Part shown: positions 38,180-49,433 of the stretch, piece by piece
How the letters are laid out: every line of letters starts with the position of its first letter
Position numbering within the stretch: position 1 is the first letter of the stretch
From: an uncultured Thermoleophilia bacterium
GTDB taxonomy: Bacteria; Actinomycetota; Thermoleophilia; UBA2241
Reading direction: 5' to 3'
DNA: 64,000 nt
Assembly (NCBI GenBank): GCA_963702475.1
Contig: CAVPCT010000009.1
Span: 128,001-192,000 of the forward strand
Translations under genes and position numbers: made by a program
The notes under the pieces: generated by a model
Database searches by the model: none
The model's input: only the letters and a program-made list of their open reading frames with translations
What the model was told of the DNA's origin: nothing

Positions 38180-40498
38180 TGGTGATCCGCAAGGCGGCCG
38201 TGCTGGGCGCAGGCCTGATGGGCGCCACCGTGGCGGCCCAGCTGGCCAACGCCGGCATCCCGACGGTGGTGCTCGACCTGCCGCCGACCGAGACGGCCGA
38301 GAACGGCCTCGAAGGCGCTGGCCAAGGCGCGGCCGGCGCCGCTGGCCCACAAGGACCGCCAGGCGCTGCTCACCGCCGGCAACTTCGACAGACGACCTCG
38401 GACTGCTGGCCGACGTCGACTGGGTCGTCGAGGCGGTCGTCGAGAACCTCGAGGTCAAGACGGCGCTGTTCGCGCGCGTGGCCGAGCGCCTGAACGACCG
38501 CGCGATCGTCACGACCAACTCGTCCGGCCTCTCGGTGAACGCGATGGCCGAGGCCCTGCCGGAGGCGCTCAGGCCGAGGTTCTTCGGCGCTCACTTCTTC
38601 AACCCGCCGCGGTACATGTACCTGCTGGAGGTCATCCCGAGCGAGTACACCGACGCGGCGCTCGTGGATGCCTTCGCCGACTTCGCCTCCCTGCGCCTCG
38701 GCAAGGGCGTGGTGCGCTGCAACGACGCGCCCATGTTCGTGGCCAACCGCATCGGCATGTTCACCACCGTGCACGCGATGAACAAGATGGGCGAGTTCGG
38801 GCTGACGGTCGAAGAGGTGGACGCGGCCAGCGGGCCGGCCATCGGCCGCGCCGTGACGGCGACCTTCGGCACGGCGGACCTGGCCGGCTCGGACATCCTC
38901 GCGCACAACGTCGCCGCGCACGCGAGCACGGCGAGCGACGACGAGATGCTCGAGCTCTGGCAGGTGCCGGACTGGGTGCTGGCGCTCATCGACAGCGGCC
39001 GCACCGGCAACAAGTCCGGCAGCGGGTTCTTCAAGGACCGCCGGGCCCTGACCATCGACCCGGCGACGCTGGAGTACCGGCCGTTCCAGAAGCCGCGGCA
39101 GGCGAGCCTGCAGGCGGCGGCCGGCATCAAGGACCCGGTGGCGCGCGTCGCAGCCGTCATCTCCAAGGATGACGAGGCCGCGCGCTTCGCCTGGGAGATC
39201 CTCGCCGGCACGATGCTGTACGCGGCGCACCGCATCCCCGGCATCTGCGCCGACATCACCGCCGTCGACGACGCCATGCGCTGGGGCTACGCCTGGGACC
39301 TGGGACCGTTCGAGCTCTGGGACGCGCTCGGCGTGCCGGAGACGGTCGCGCGCATGCGCGAGGACGGCCGCCCGATCCCGGCGTGGGTCGAGGAGCTCGC
39401 CGCGTCCGAGACAGCCGTCGTTCTACCTGCGTGAGGACGGCCGCACGCTCATCTGGGGCCCGGGCCAGACGGAGCACAAGGCTCTGGCGCCGCGCGCGCG
39501 GAGCATCCAGCTCGCGCGGCTCAAGGCCACCGGCCACGTGCTGGCCGAGGACGAGCACGCCAGTCTCGTCGACCTCGGAGACCGCGTGGCCTGCATCGAG
39601 TTCCACACCAAGGCCAACATCGTCGGCGAGGGCGTGCTGGCCTTCATCGAGGCGACGCTCGCCGAGGCCGGGGGCGACTACGACGCGCTCGTCATCGGCA
39701 ATCAGGGCGCCCACTTCTCCGGCGGCGCCGACCTCAAGATGATGGTCGGCAAGATCGAGGCCGAGGACTGGGACGGCATCGACGCCACGCTGAGGAACGC
39801 GCAGCGCGCCAGCATGGCGCTCAAGTACGCGCCGGTCCCGGTCGTCGCCGCCCCGTTCGGGCGCGTCCTGGGCGGCGGTCTCGAGGTCTGTCTGCACTGC
39901 AGCCGCGTCCAGGCCCACACCGACGTCAGCATGGGCCTGGTCGAGACGGGCGTCGGCCTCGTGCCTGCGGCCGGCGGCATCAAAGAGACCGTGGTCCGCG
40001 CCATGGCGTTGCACAGCTGGCGAGGCCATCATGTTCCCGATCCTGCGCGAGCCCTGGGAGGCCATCACGATGGCCAAGACGTCACGCTCCGCGCTCGACG
40101 CCGCCGAGATGGGGTACCTGCGCGGCGGCGACGGCATCACCATGGACCGCGACAGCGTGATCTACGCCGCAAAGCAGGTCGCGCGCAGCATGGCCGACGC
40201 CGGCTACCAGCCGCCGGTGCCGCCGGCAATCACCGTGCAGGGCCGCGACGGCCTCGCCAACTTCCACAAGCTCCTGCACATCGTGCGCTGCGGCGACTTC
40301 ATCAGCGACCACGACCAGTTCCTCTCCGACCAGGTGGCGTGGGTGATGTGCGGCGGCGACGTGGACCCCGGCAGCGTGGTCGACGAGCAGTACCTGCTCG
40401 ACCTGGAGCGCCAGGCGTTCCTCACGGTGTGCCGCACCGAGAAGACGATGGAGCGGCTGCAGGCGATGCTGACCAGCGGCAAGCCGCTGCGCAATTGA
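38176..40498 (+). CDS. 3-hydroxyacyl-CoA dehydrogenase / enoyl-CoA hydratase (FadN-like); four +1 frameshifts near 38311, 38390, 39412 and 40020
   Basis: [49 protein letters not shown], terminal GKPLRN. Confidence 0.9.
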
Positions 40499-40524
40499 CC
40501 GGCCGGGACCCAAGGAGACGAACG

Positions 40525-41705
40525 ATGAGAGAAGCTGTGATCGTGTCCTCGGTGCGCACGCCGGTCGGCAAGGCGCCCCGAGGGCTCGCTGAAGACGGTG
40601 CGGCCGGAGACGCTGGCCGTGACCGCCATCCGCGCCGCCATGGAGCGGGCGCCGGGGCTGGACCCGGCCGAGATCGACGACATCGTCTGGGGCTGCGCGT
40701 TCCCCGAGGCCGAGCAGGGGCTCAACCTGGCCCGCTACGTCGGCATCCTGGCCGGGCTGCCCGAGAACGTGCCCGGCGTCACCGTGAACCGGTTCTGCTC
40801 GTCGGGCCTGCAGGCCATCGCCTTCGGCGCCCAGGCGATCATGAGCGGCATGGCCGACGTGATCCTGGCCGGCGGCACCGAGTCGATGTCGTGCGTGCCC
40901 GGCGGCGGCAACAAGGAGATGCCGGACGACGCCGTGGCCGCCGTCGGCCGCCGACGCGTACACCAGCATGGGCATGACGGCCGAGAACGTGGCCGAGCGC
41001 TACAACGTGAGCCGCGAGGAGCAGGACGCCTTCGCGGCGCAGAGCCAGGCGCGGGCGCTGGCGGCACAGGCCGAGGGCCGCTTCGACGACGAACTCGTGC
41101 CGGTCCCGGTGGTGCACCGGCGGCCCGGCCCGGGCGGGACGATCGTCGAGTCGACGACGATGTTCACCGCCGACGAGGGGCCGCGCCCGGGCAGCACGCC
41201 CGAGGTGCTGGCGAAGCTGCGCACGATCTTCAAGCAGAACGGTACCGTGACCGCCGGCAACTCGTCGCAGACGAGCGACGCCGGCGCGGCCGCCGTACTG
41301 ATGAGCGGCGAGAAGGCCGAGGCCTTGGGCCTCGAACCGCTCGCCGTGTTCCGCTCCTTCGCCTGCTACGGCGTCGACCCCGGCGTGATGGGCATCGGGC
41401 CGGCGTTCGCCATCCCGAAAGCCCTCAAGATCGCCGGCATCGGCATCGACGACGTCGACCTGGTCGAGCTCAACGAGGCCTTTGCCAGCCAGGCCGTGTA
41501 CTGCGTCCGCGAGCTCGGCCTGGACCCCGAGATCGTCAACGTCAACGGCGGCGCCATCGCGCTCGGGCATCCGCTCGGCGCGACCGGCGCCAAGCTCACG
41601 GCCACGCTGCTGCACGAGCTCAAGCGCCGCAAGGGCCGCTACGGCGTCGTGAGCATGTGCATCGCCGGCGGCCAGGGCGCCGCCGCCGTGTTCGAGCGCG
41701 TCTGA
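40525..41705 (+). CDS. Acetyl-CoA C-acyltransferase (thiolase); two +1 frameshifts near 40584 and 40947
   Basis: [34 protein letters not shown]. Confidence 0.93.
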
Positions 41706-41736
41706 CCCGCCCGGCAACGAGAGCCAGGGAGACGAG

Positions 41737-43836
41737 ATGAAGTACACCAAGCTGCTGGAGCCGGGCTACATCGGCAAGGTGCGGACCCGCAACCGCATCT
41801 ACAAGACCGGCGCCGGCATGATGACCTTCCACGAGGACGAGCTCTCGATGAACGAGGATTCGCTCGGCTACTACGACGCCCTGGCCCGCGGCGGCGCGGG
41901 CGTCGTCACCGTCGAGGCGCCCACCATCGACTACCCGATGGGCGCGCGCTGGCGCGAGCGCTACCGCATGGACGACGACCGGTTCATCCCCGGGATGAAG
42001 GAGCTGGTGGACGTCATCCACAGCTACGGCGCCCCGGCGTTCATGCAGATGGAGCACGACGGGCCCTGGCAGTCGCCGCTCTTCGCCAACGCCCCGGCGA
42101 CCTTCGACGGACCGCCCATCGGCGCCTCAGCGATGAGCATCAACAGGATGGGCGACTTCCACCGCGACGTGATCCGCCCGCTCGCGGTGGCGGAGATCCA
42201 GGAGATCACGCGCAAGTACATCGACGGCGCGGAGCGCGCCCAGAAGGCCGGCTACGACGGCATCGACATCAACGCCGGCAGCAGCCACATCATCCACAAC
42301 TTCCTCTCGCCGTTCTGGAACAGGCGCACCGACGAGTACGGCGGCACGCAGCACAAGCGCGCCAAGCTGCTGCTCGACATCCTCACCGGCATCAAGGAGC
42401 GCTGCGGCTCCGACTTCCCGATCGTCGTCTGCCTCAACGGCTTCGAGGACGGCCACGCCATCGGCGCCGACCAGACGTTCACGCACGGCCAGGCCATCAT
42501 GACCATGCTGCTGGCCGAAGAGGCCGGCGCCGACGCCATCATGATCCGCAGCAGCTGGCTGGGCGTGCACGTGGCCGGGTTCCTGCCCGACTACCTGTTC
42601 TTCCCGGACGCGCAGGTGCCGCTCGACCAGATGCCGCCGCAGTACTACGCCAAGGAGCGCGGCCGCTCGGCCATGAAGCTGATGACCGACGAGGCCAGGA
42701 AGATCCTCTCCGTGCCGGTGATCCTGGTCGGCTACGTGACCCCGGACGACGGCGAGAAGCTGCTGGAGAAGGGCGCCGCCGACTTCATCGGCATGAACCG
42801 GCCGCTGATGTGCGATCCGAACCTGCCCAACAAGCTCGCCGCCGGTCACCCCGACGACGTCGCGCCCTGCACGCGCTGCGGCACCTGCCTCGACCAGAGC
42901 GAGCAGTTCCTGCGGCACTGCCGCCTGAACGCCGCACTCGGCTTCGGCTACCAGAACGTGCCGGCCCTCGAGGGGCCGCGCAAGAAGGTCGTCGTGGTGG
43001 GCGGCGGCCCGGCAGGCATGGAGGCCGCCCGCGTCGCGGCGCTGCGCGGCCACGACGTCACGCTCGTGGAGGCGGCGTCCCAGCTCGGCGGCCGCCTGCC
43101 GCTCGCCACGCTCATCAAGGGCAGCGACCTCGAGGACCTCCCCAACCTGATCCGCTACCTCAAGGGGCAGGTCAAGAAGAACGGCGTCAAGGTCATGCTC
43201 AACACCGAGGCGACGGCGGCGTCGATCAAGGCGATGGACGCCGACGTCGTGATCCTCGCGACCGGCGCCCAGCTCGCCGCGCCGGTCCTGCCGGGCACGC
43301 CGGGCGGCCAGAAGAAGGTCCTCACGACGCCCGAGCTCCACAAGCAGGTCAAGCCCTACCTGAAGACGCTCGGGCCCAAGGTGCTCGAGAAGGCGACGAA
43401 GTACCACCTGCCCATCGGCAAGAAGGTGGTCGTCGTCGGCGCCGGCCTGCACGGCATGGAGGTCGCCGAGTTCCTCGCCAAGCGCGGGCGCAAGGTGACC
43501 ATCGTCGAGCCGTCGGAGGTCATCGGCGAGGGCATGCTCGACTTCCGCCTCGGCCTGACCATGGACTGGCTGCCGTCAGTGGGCGTCGAGCTCGTGACCC
43601 GCGCAAGCGACCTCGAGGCCACCGACGCCGGCCTCGCCTACACCGACGCCGGCGGCGTGCGGCAGCTCATCCCCTGCGACACCATCCTGCCGACCGCGCC
43701 GCTCCAGCCCAACGACGAGCTGTACAAGGCGCTCGAGGGCGAGGTCCCCGAGCTGTTCCTCATCGGGGACGGCAAGGAGGCCGGCATGATCGTCCACGCG
43801 GTGCGCTCCGGCTACCAGACCGCCTGCGCGCTCTGA
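41737..43836 (+). CDS. NADH:flavin oxidoreductase (OYE barrel + 4Fe-4S + FAD/NAD domains), enoate-reductase-like
   Basis: [22 protein letters not shown]-x10-C, GGGPAG, GAGLHG. Confidence 0.92.
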   Translation: MKYTKLLEPGYIGKVRTRNRIYKTGAGMMTFHEDELSMNEDSLGYYDALARGGAGVVTVEAPTIDYPMGARWRERYRMDDDRFIPGMKELVDVIHSYGAPAFMQMEHDGPWQSPLFANAPATFDGPPIGASAMSINRMGDFHRDVIRPLAVAEIQEITRKYIDGAERAQKAGYDGIDINAGSSHIIHNFLSPFWNRRTDEYGGTQHKRAKLLLDILTGIKERCGSDFPIVVCLNGFEDGHAIGADQTFTHGQAIMTMLLAEEAGADAIMIRSSWLGVHVAGFLPDYLFFPDAQVPLDQMPPQYYAKERGRSAMKLMTDEARKILSVPVILVGYVTPDDGEKLLEKGAADFIGMNRPLMCDPNLPNKLAAGHPDDVAPCTRCGTCLDQSEQFLRHCRLNAALGFGYQNVPALEGPRKKVVVVGGGPAGMEAARVAALRGHDVTLVEAASQLGGRLPLATLIKGSDLEDLPNLIRYLKGQVKKNGVKVMLNTEATAASIKAMDADVVILATGAQLAAPVLPGTPGGQKKVLTTPELHKQVKPYLKTLGPKVLEKATKYHLPIGKKVVVVGAGLHGMEVAEFLAKRGRKVTIVEPSEVIGEGMLDFRLGLTMDWLPSVGVELVTRASDLEATDAGLAYTDAGGVRQLIPCDTILPTAPLQPNDELYKALEGEVPELFLIGDGKEAGMIVHAVRSGYQTACAL

Positions 43837-43881
43837 GCATCCCGACCTGACGAGACTCCCGAGAGAAGAGGACTGAGAGCC

Positions 43882-44559
43882 ATGTGTGACTCGAACTACG
43901 ACGCGCTGCTCAAGCGACTCGAGAAGGCCGAGCGCGACGCTGAGATCGCCCGCGACTGGGTGGAGATCAGCAACCTGCACGGCCGCTACAACCACTACGT
44001 GCTCGGCCACCACTGGGAGCGCATCGTCGACGAGCTGTTCGCGCACAACACCCCCGGCGTGAAGATCGAGGTCGTCGAGAGCGGCGTGTTCTACGGCATC
44101 GAGGGCGTGCGCAAGCTCTTCGTCGACATGCTCGGCAAGCTCTATGACTACCCGGGCAACTGCGCCATCCACGAGATCACCACGCCGGTCATCCAGGTCC
44201 AGCCCGACATGAAGACGGCCAAGGGCATGTGGTACCACGTGGGCTTCAACACGTTCGAGGACCCGGAGAAGGGCGTCGTCCCGATCTGGCAGGTCATCAA
44301 GTACAACCACGTGTTCGTCAAGGAAGACGGCCAGTGGAAGTGGCTCGAGTACGGCGCCCACCTGCTCATCCGCACCACCTACGAGAAGGCGTGGGTGGAC
44401 GAGCCGGTGATCATGGCGAGCCAGATCCAGGGCGCCGAGCCGTCCGACGCGCCTGTGCCGGACGAGCCGACCTCGTTCCACGAGCCGTACGGCGGCAGGA
44501 CCGGCGTGCACAGTGGCCTGCCGCTGCCCCCCGAGTACATCGACCTCGATATCCACTGA
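43882..44559 (+). CDS. SnoaL/NTF2-like fold protein
   Basis: EISNLHGRY, HEITTPVIQV..TAKGMW, FVKEDGQWK. Confidence 0.85.
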   Translation: MCDSNYDALLKRLEKAERDAEIARDWVEISNLHGRYNHYVLGHHWERIVDELFAHNTPGVKIEVVESGVFYGIEGVRKLFVDMLGKLYDYPGNCAIHEITTPVIQVQPDMKTAKGMWYHVGFNTFEDPEKGVVPIWQVIKYNHVFVKEDGQWKWLEYGAHLLIRTTYEKAWVDEPVIMASQIQGAEPSDAPVPDEPTSFHEPYGGRTGVHSGLPLPPEYIDLDIH

Positions 44560-44593
44560 CCGACGTAGTCGGGTCAAGGCTGAAAGGAAGACC

Positions 44594-46084
44594 GTGGCAC
44601 TGAAGACACCCCAGGAGTTCATCGAGAGCCTGCGCGACGGCAGGGTCGTGTACTACGACGGGGAGCTGATTCCCGATGTCACCCAGCACCCCGTGCTGAA
44701 GATCACCAACGACTGGGTGGCGACCGACTACGTGCTCAGCAACGACCCGCGCTACCAGGACCTGCTCACCGACCTCGACGAGGACGGCGAGCGCGTGAGT
44801 TTCGCGCTGCAGCCGCAGCGCACGCCGGAGGACCTCTTGCGCCTGCGCGAGATCGTCAAGCTGTGGGCGCGCGTCTCGTTCGGCAAGCCGACCGGGGCCA
44901 AGTTCGTGGCCAAGGACGGCCTCAACGCCGTGACGACGATCGCGCCGCGCGTGGACCGCAAGTACGGCACCACCTACGCGGCGAACGTCGAGGCCTACCG
45001 CAGGCACCTCCAGAAGAACGACCTCGCCTTCGCCATGGGCCTCACCGACATCAAGGGCGACCGCAGCCTGCGCCCCTCGCAGCAGGTGCAGCACAAGGAC
45101 TTCTACGTGCGCATCGTGGAGGAGCGTGAGGACGGCATCATCGTGAGCGGCGCCAAGACGCACATCAGCCAGGCGCCGGCCTGCAACGAGGTCCTCATCG
45201 CGCCCTGCCGCGCCATGCAAGAGGACGACGCCGCGTACGCCGTCGCCTTCGGCATCGAGCTCAACACGCCGGGCATCACCATGATCTGCGCCCAGCCCGA
45301 GATCCACGCCCCGGTCTCGCTCTTCGACAACCCCGTGTCCGGCGCCGTCTACATCAACGACGCCACGATCGTCTTCGACAACGTGTTCATCCCCAACGAG
45401 CGCATCTTCCTCAAGGGCGAGTGGGAGTTCGCCGGCCAGGTCGCCTACATGTTCGCCAACTTCCACCGCCTGAGCGCCGAGACCTACAAGGCCATGGAGC
45501 TGGAGCTCTTCACCGGTGCCGCCGCCCTCATGGCCGACTACAACGGCATCATCAAGAAGGCGCACGTGCGCGAGAAGCTCACCTGGCTGGTGATGTACAC
45601 CGAGGCCGTCGAGACGCTCGGCAAGGCTGCCGTCGAGCATTGCCAGGCCGAGGAGGGCTCGGACCTCGTGTATCCGGATCCGATGACCGCCAACATCTGC
45701 AAGTTCTACTTCGCCGACAACTGGCACCAGGCGACCAAGTACATCCAGGACATCGGCGGCGGCATCATCGTCACGGCGCCGAGCTCCAAGGACTTCTACA
45801 ACCCCGCCACGCACGACCTGATGGAGAAGTACTTCGCCGGCAGGGACGGCGTGCCGACCGAGCACCGTCTGCGCATGGCCAAGCTGATCCGCGACCTCAC
45901 GTCGGCCTACGAGGACGTGCTGACCATCCACGCGGAGGGTTCGCTGGAGGCGCAGAAGATGTCCATCGGGCAGATGGCGGACTGGGGCCGGTATACGGCG
46001 GCGGCGAAGCGCGCCGCCGGCATCCCCGGCGCGGACAAGCACCCCATCTTCGCGGAGCTGCCCGCCTACCCGCCGGACCTCTGA
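44594..46084 (+). CDS. HpaB / 4-hydroxybutyryl-CoA dehydratase family flavoprotein
   Basis: TDIKGDRS, GIIVSGAKTHI, VFDNVFIPNERIF, FHR, IHAEGSLEAQK. Confidence 0.85.
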   Translation: MALKTPQEFIESLRDGRVVYYDGELIPDVTQHPVLKITNDWVATDYVLSNDPRYQDLLTDLDEDGERVSFALQPQRTPEDLLRLREIVKLWARVSFGKPTGAKFVAKDGLNAVTTIAPRVDRKYGTTYAANVEAYRRHLQKNDLAFAMGLTDIKGDRSLRPSQQVQHKDFYVRIVEEREDGIIVSGAKTHISQAPACNEVLIAPCRAMQEDDAAYAVAFGIELNTPGITMICAQPEIHAPVSLFDNPVSGAVYINDATIVFDNVFIPNERIFLKGEWEFAGQVAYMFANFHRLSAETYKAMELELFTGAAALMADYNGIIKKAHVREKLTWLVMYTEAVETLGKAAVEHCQAEEGSDLVYPDPMTANICKFYFADNWHQATKYIQDIGGGIIVTAPSSKDFYNPATHDLMEKYFAGRDGVPTEHRLRMAKLIRDLTSAYEDVLTIHAEGSLEAQKMSIGQMADWGRYTAAAKRAAGIPGADKHPIFAELPAYPPDL

Positions 46085-46205
46085 GCCGGAGCGGGGAAGA
46101 GGGGAGACGCACACATGAGCGGAGGCGGTTCCGCGACGTCGAAGACCGCGGTGGACTGAGTGGCCGCCGATCGAGACCAGGGCCCGGGAGGCCGGCCGCG
46201 AGCTG

Positions 46206-48328
46206 GTGAACGCAGCGCTCGCGGCCGGCCGTACGGCCCTCACCGAGTGGGAGTCCAAGCAGCTCCTCGCGGCCTACGGCGTGCCCGTGCCCGAGGGCGA
46301 GCTGGTGACGAGTGAAGCCGAGGCGGCGGCCGCTGCGGCCCGCCTCGGCGGCCGTCTCGCGATGAAGGCCGTCGGGCCGGAGATCCTGCACAAGACGGAG
46401 GCCGGTCTGGTCGTGCTCGGCGTGTCCGGCGCGGACGAGGCCGTGGAGACGTTCCGCGGCCTCAGCGAGCGCGCCGGCGACAAGCTCGAGGGTGTACTGG
46501 TCGAGCGCATGGCCGGCGGTGACCGGGAGTTCCTCGCCGGCCTCGAGCGCGACCCGTCGTACGGGCCCGTGCTCGCCTTCGGCCTCGGCGGCGTGCTCAC
46601 CGAGGCCATCGGCGACGTGGCCTTCGGCCTGGCGCCGCTCGACGAGCGCGAGGCGCGCGCGCTGCCGGAGCAGCTCCGCGCGCGCCGCCTGCTCGGCGCG
46701 TTCCGCGGCGCCCCGCCGGTCGACCGCGCCGCGCTCGCTCAGGTGCTCGAGGCGCTCTCGGCCATCGCCGCCGACCTGCCCGAGGTCGCCGAGGTCGACG
46801 TGAACCCGCTGCTCGTCGACGGCGGCTCTCCCGTCGCCGTCGACGCGCTCGTGCTGCTCACGGCGGGGCCTGCGGCGGCGCCGCAGGCCCGTGCCGCCGC
46901 ACCCGACCTGGACGCCGTGTTCGCGCCGAAGTCCGTGGCCATCGTCGGCGCCTCCGACGACCTCGCCAAGTGGGGCGGCTCAGCTCTGCGCAACATCCTG
47001 CGCGGTGGCTACGCCGGCCGCGTCTACCCGGTGAACCCGCGGGCCTCGGTGCTCTTCGGCCTCCCGGCCTACCCGAGCGTCGACGAGCTCCCGGAGGAGC
47101 CCGACCTCGTGCTCGTCGTCGTCGGCGGTCACCAGGTCGTCGGCGTGCTGGAGGCCTGCGCCCGCCGGCACGCCCGCGCCGTCGTGGTCATCACTGCGGG
47201 CTTCGCCGAGACCGGCAAGCAAGGCGCGGAGGTGGAGCGCGAGCTCGCGCGCATCGCCGCCGAAGCGCACATGACCCTCATCGGCCCGAACTGCGTCGGC
47301 CTGGTCTCCAACGAGCGCGACCTGTTCATCACCGGCTTCATCGTGATGAGCCCGCCGCTCGCGAACGTGAGCCTCATCTCCCAGTCGGGGAGCATGGGCC
47401 CCGTCGTCGTCGCGACGTGCGAGCAGCGCGGCATCGGCCTGGACAAGTTCCTCAGCGTGGGCAACGAGGCCGCGGTGAGCGCCGTGGACGTGCTCGACTA
47501 CCTGCGGGAGGACCCCGGCACCAAGTGCGCCATGATGTACCTGGAGGGCGTCACGCGACGGGCGGCACTTTTTCGACGTGGCGAAGCGCACGACGCGCGA
47601 GAAGCCCGTCGTCGTGCTCCGTGGCGGACGCACGGAGGCCGGCAGCCAGGCGGCGGCGTCGCACACGGCGGCTCTCGCCGGCTCGGGCGCCGTGTTCGAG
47701 GCGGCCGCCCGCCAGGCCGGCGTCGTCACGTGCACCACGCCGGACGAGCTCGTGGACGTCACCGCCTGCCTCGCGTACCTACCGCTGCCGAAGGGCCGCT
47801 GCGTCGCCGTGGTGACGAACGGCGGCGGCCCGGGCGTGCTGGCCGCCGACGAGGTCGCCCTCAACAACCTGACGCTTGCCGAGCTCCCGGACGGGCTCAT
47901 CGCCGAGCTCGACAAGCTGTTCCCGCCGTTCTGGAGCCGTCGCAACCCGCTCGACCTGGTGGCGGCCGGCTTCGGTGACGAGGGCCTGCGCTGCCTCGAG
48001 CTGCTCGCCGAGTGCGACGCCGTCGACGCCATCCTCGCCGTCACCTTCGTCGGCGTGCCCGCCCTGCGCGAGGAGAGCGAGGACAACCGCACGCACGGCC
48101 AGTATCACGGCTTCTCCGCGCGTGAGGAGCAGTACCTGGAGCGCGTCGTCGACCCTCATGGACCAGACCGGCAAGCCCATCGTCAATGTCCCCGATCACC
48201 CGGTCCGCGGCACGATCCTCGACTTCGGCGACACCTACGCCCCCGTCATCCTGAACTCACCGCAGGCCGCTGCCCGCGCCCTCGACAAGATGGCGTGCTA
48301 CGCGGAGTACCTGCGCGCGCAGGACTGA
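46206..48328 (+). CDS. ADP-forming acyl-CoA (acetate-CoA) ligase, ATP-grasp domain first; two +1 frameshifts near 47555 and 48152
   Basis: HKTEAGLV, EVDVNP, VAIVGAS, GPNCVG, SQSG, SHTAALAG (phospho-His), NPLDL. Confidence 0.9.
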
Positions 48329-48363
48329 CGCACCCCGACCCGTCCCAGCAGGAGGGCCTCAAC

Positions 48364-49188
48364 GTGAACCCCATCATCACCGCAGCGCTGAACGGCCCCA
48401 TCGCCACGCGCGCGAACAACCCCAACCTGCCGGAGACGCCCGAGGACATCGCCACCAGCGCCAGGGGCGCCTACGAGGCCGGCGCCGCCGTCATCCACGT
48501 CCACCTGCGCGACGAGCAGGGCGGCTTCACCACCGACCTCGACGTGGCCAAGCGCACGGTCGAGCTGATCCGCGAGGCCTGCCCCGGCATCGTCCAGCTC
48601 TCCACCGGCGGGATGTTCGACTACGCCGACCGCATGCGCATCGTGGAGGCGAAGCCCGCCATGGCGACGCTGAACCCGTGCACCATGTCGTTCGCCGACG
48701 CCGAGTTCCGCAATCCGCCGAAGCAGATGCGGCAGATGGCGGCGCGCATGATCGAGTTGGGCGTGAAGCCCGAGGTGGAGCTCTACGATGTCGGCCACCT
48801 CGGCGTGATGCTCGACCTCGTGAACGAAGGCCTGCTGCTCGAGCCGTTGCAGGTGTCGTTCGTCATGGGCGTCAAAGGCGGCATGCCGGGCGACCCGCAA
48901 ATCCTCTCGTGGCTCGTGAAGAACCTGCCCGAGGGCACGAGCTGGCAGGTGATCGCCATCGCCAAGGCAAACCTGCCGATGACGTCTATCGGCCTCGCCA
49001 TGGGCGGCAACGCGCGCACGGGCATGGAGGATACGCTCATGGTGGCCTCGCACGTGCTCGCCGACTCCAACGCGCAGCTCGTGGAGCGCCTCATGAACAT
49101 CGCCCGCTCCATGCAGCGCGAGCCCGCCAAGGTCGACGAGGTCATCGAGCGGCTGAAGCTCAGCCCGGAGCTGATCGGACCGGGGTGA
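48364..49188 (+). CDS. BKACE / DUF849 beta-keto-acid cleavage enzyme
   Basis: NPNLPETPEDIA, AGAAVIHVHLRD, KPEVELYD, GGNARTGMED; RBS GGAGGG. Confidence 0.93.
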   Translation: MNPIITAALNGPIATRANNPNLPETPEDIATSARGAYEAGAAVIHVHLRDEQGGFTTDLDVAKRTVELIREACPGIVQLSTGGMFDYADRMRIVEAKPAMATLNPCTMSFADAEFRNPPKQMRQMAARMIELGVKPEVELYDVGHLGVMLDLVNEGLLLEPLQVSFVMGVKGGMPGDPQILSWLVKNLPEGTSWQVIAIAKANLPMTSIGLAMGGNARTGMEDTLMVASHVLADSNAQLVERLMNIARSMQREPAKVDEVIERLKLSPELIGPG

Positions 49189-49433
49189 GGGCGCTGCAGC
49201 CGGCGCTCGACCCGCCGTCGGCGCCGAGAGCAGTGCCTTCCTCGGCCCTCTCACTTCGTTGTATTTTGCACCAAAGCGTGAGGACCGGAAAGGGAGATAG
49301 GTCCCGGCAGGGGATGACGTTGGCGACCGCAGCGGGTTGATGATGGATGGCGAGCGTGGTGACGGCCGTCGTGGAGACCGGCGTGGCGACAGACCTGACG
49401 CGCGGCACCAGCTCGCCGTGAGCCTCCTTCCCG

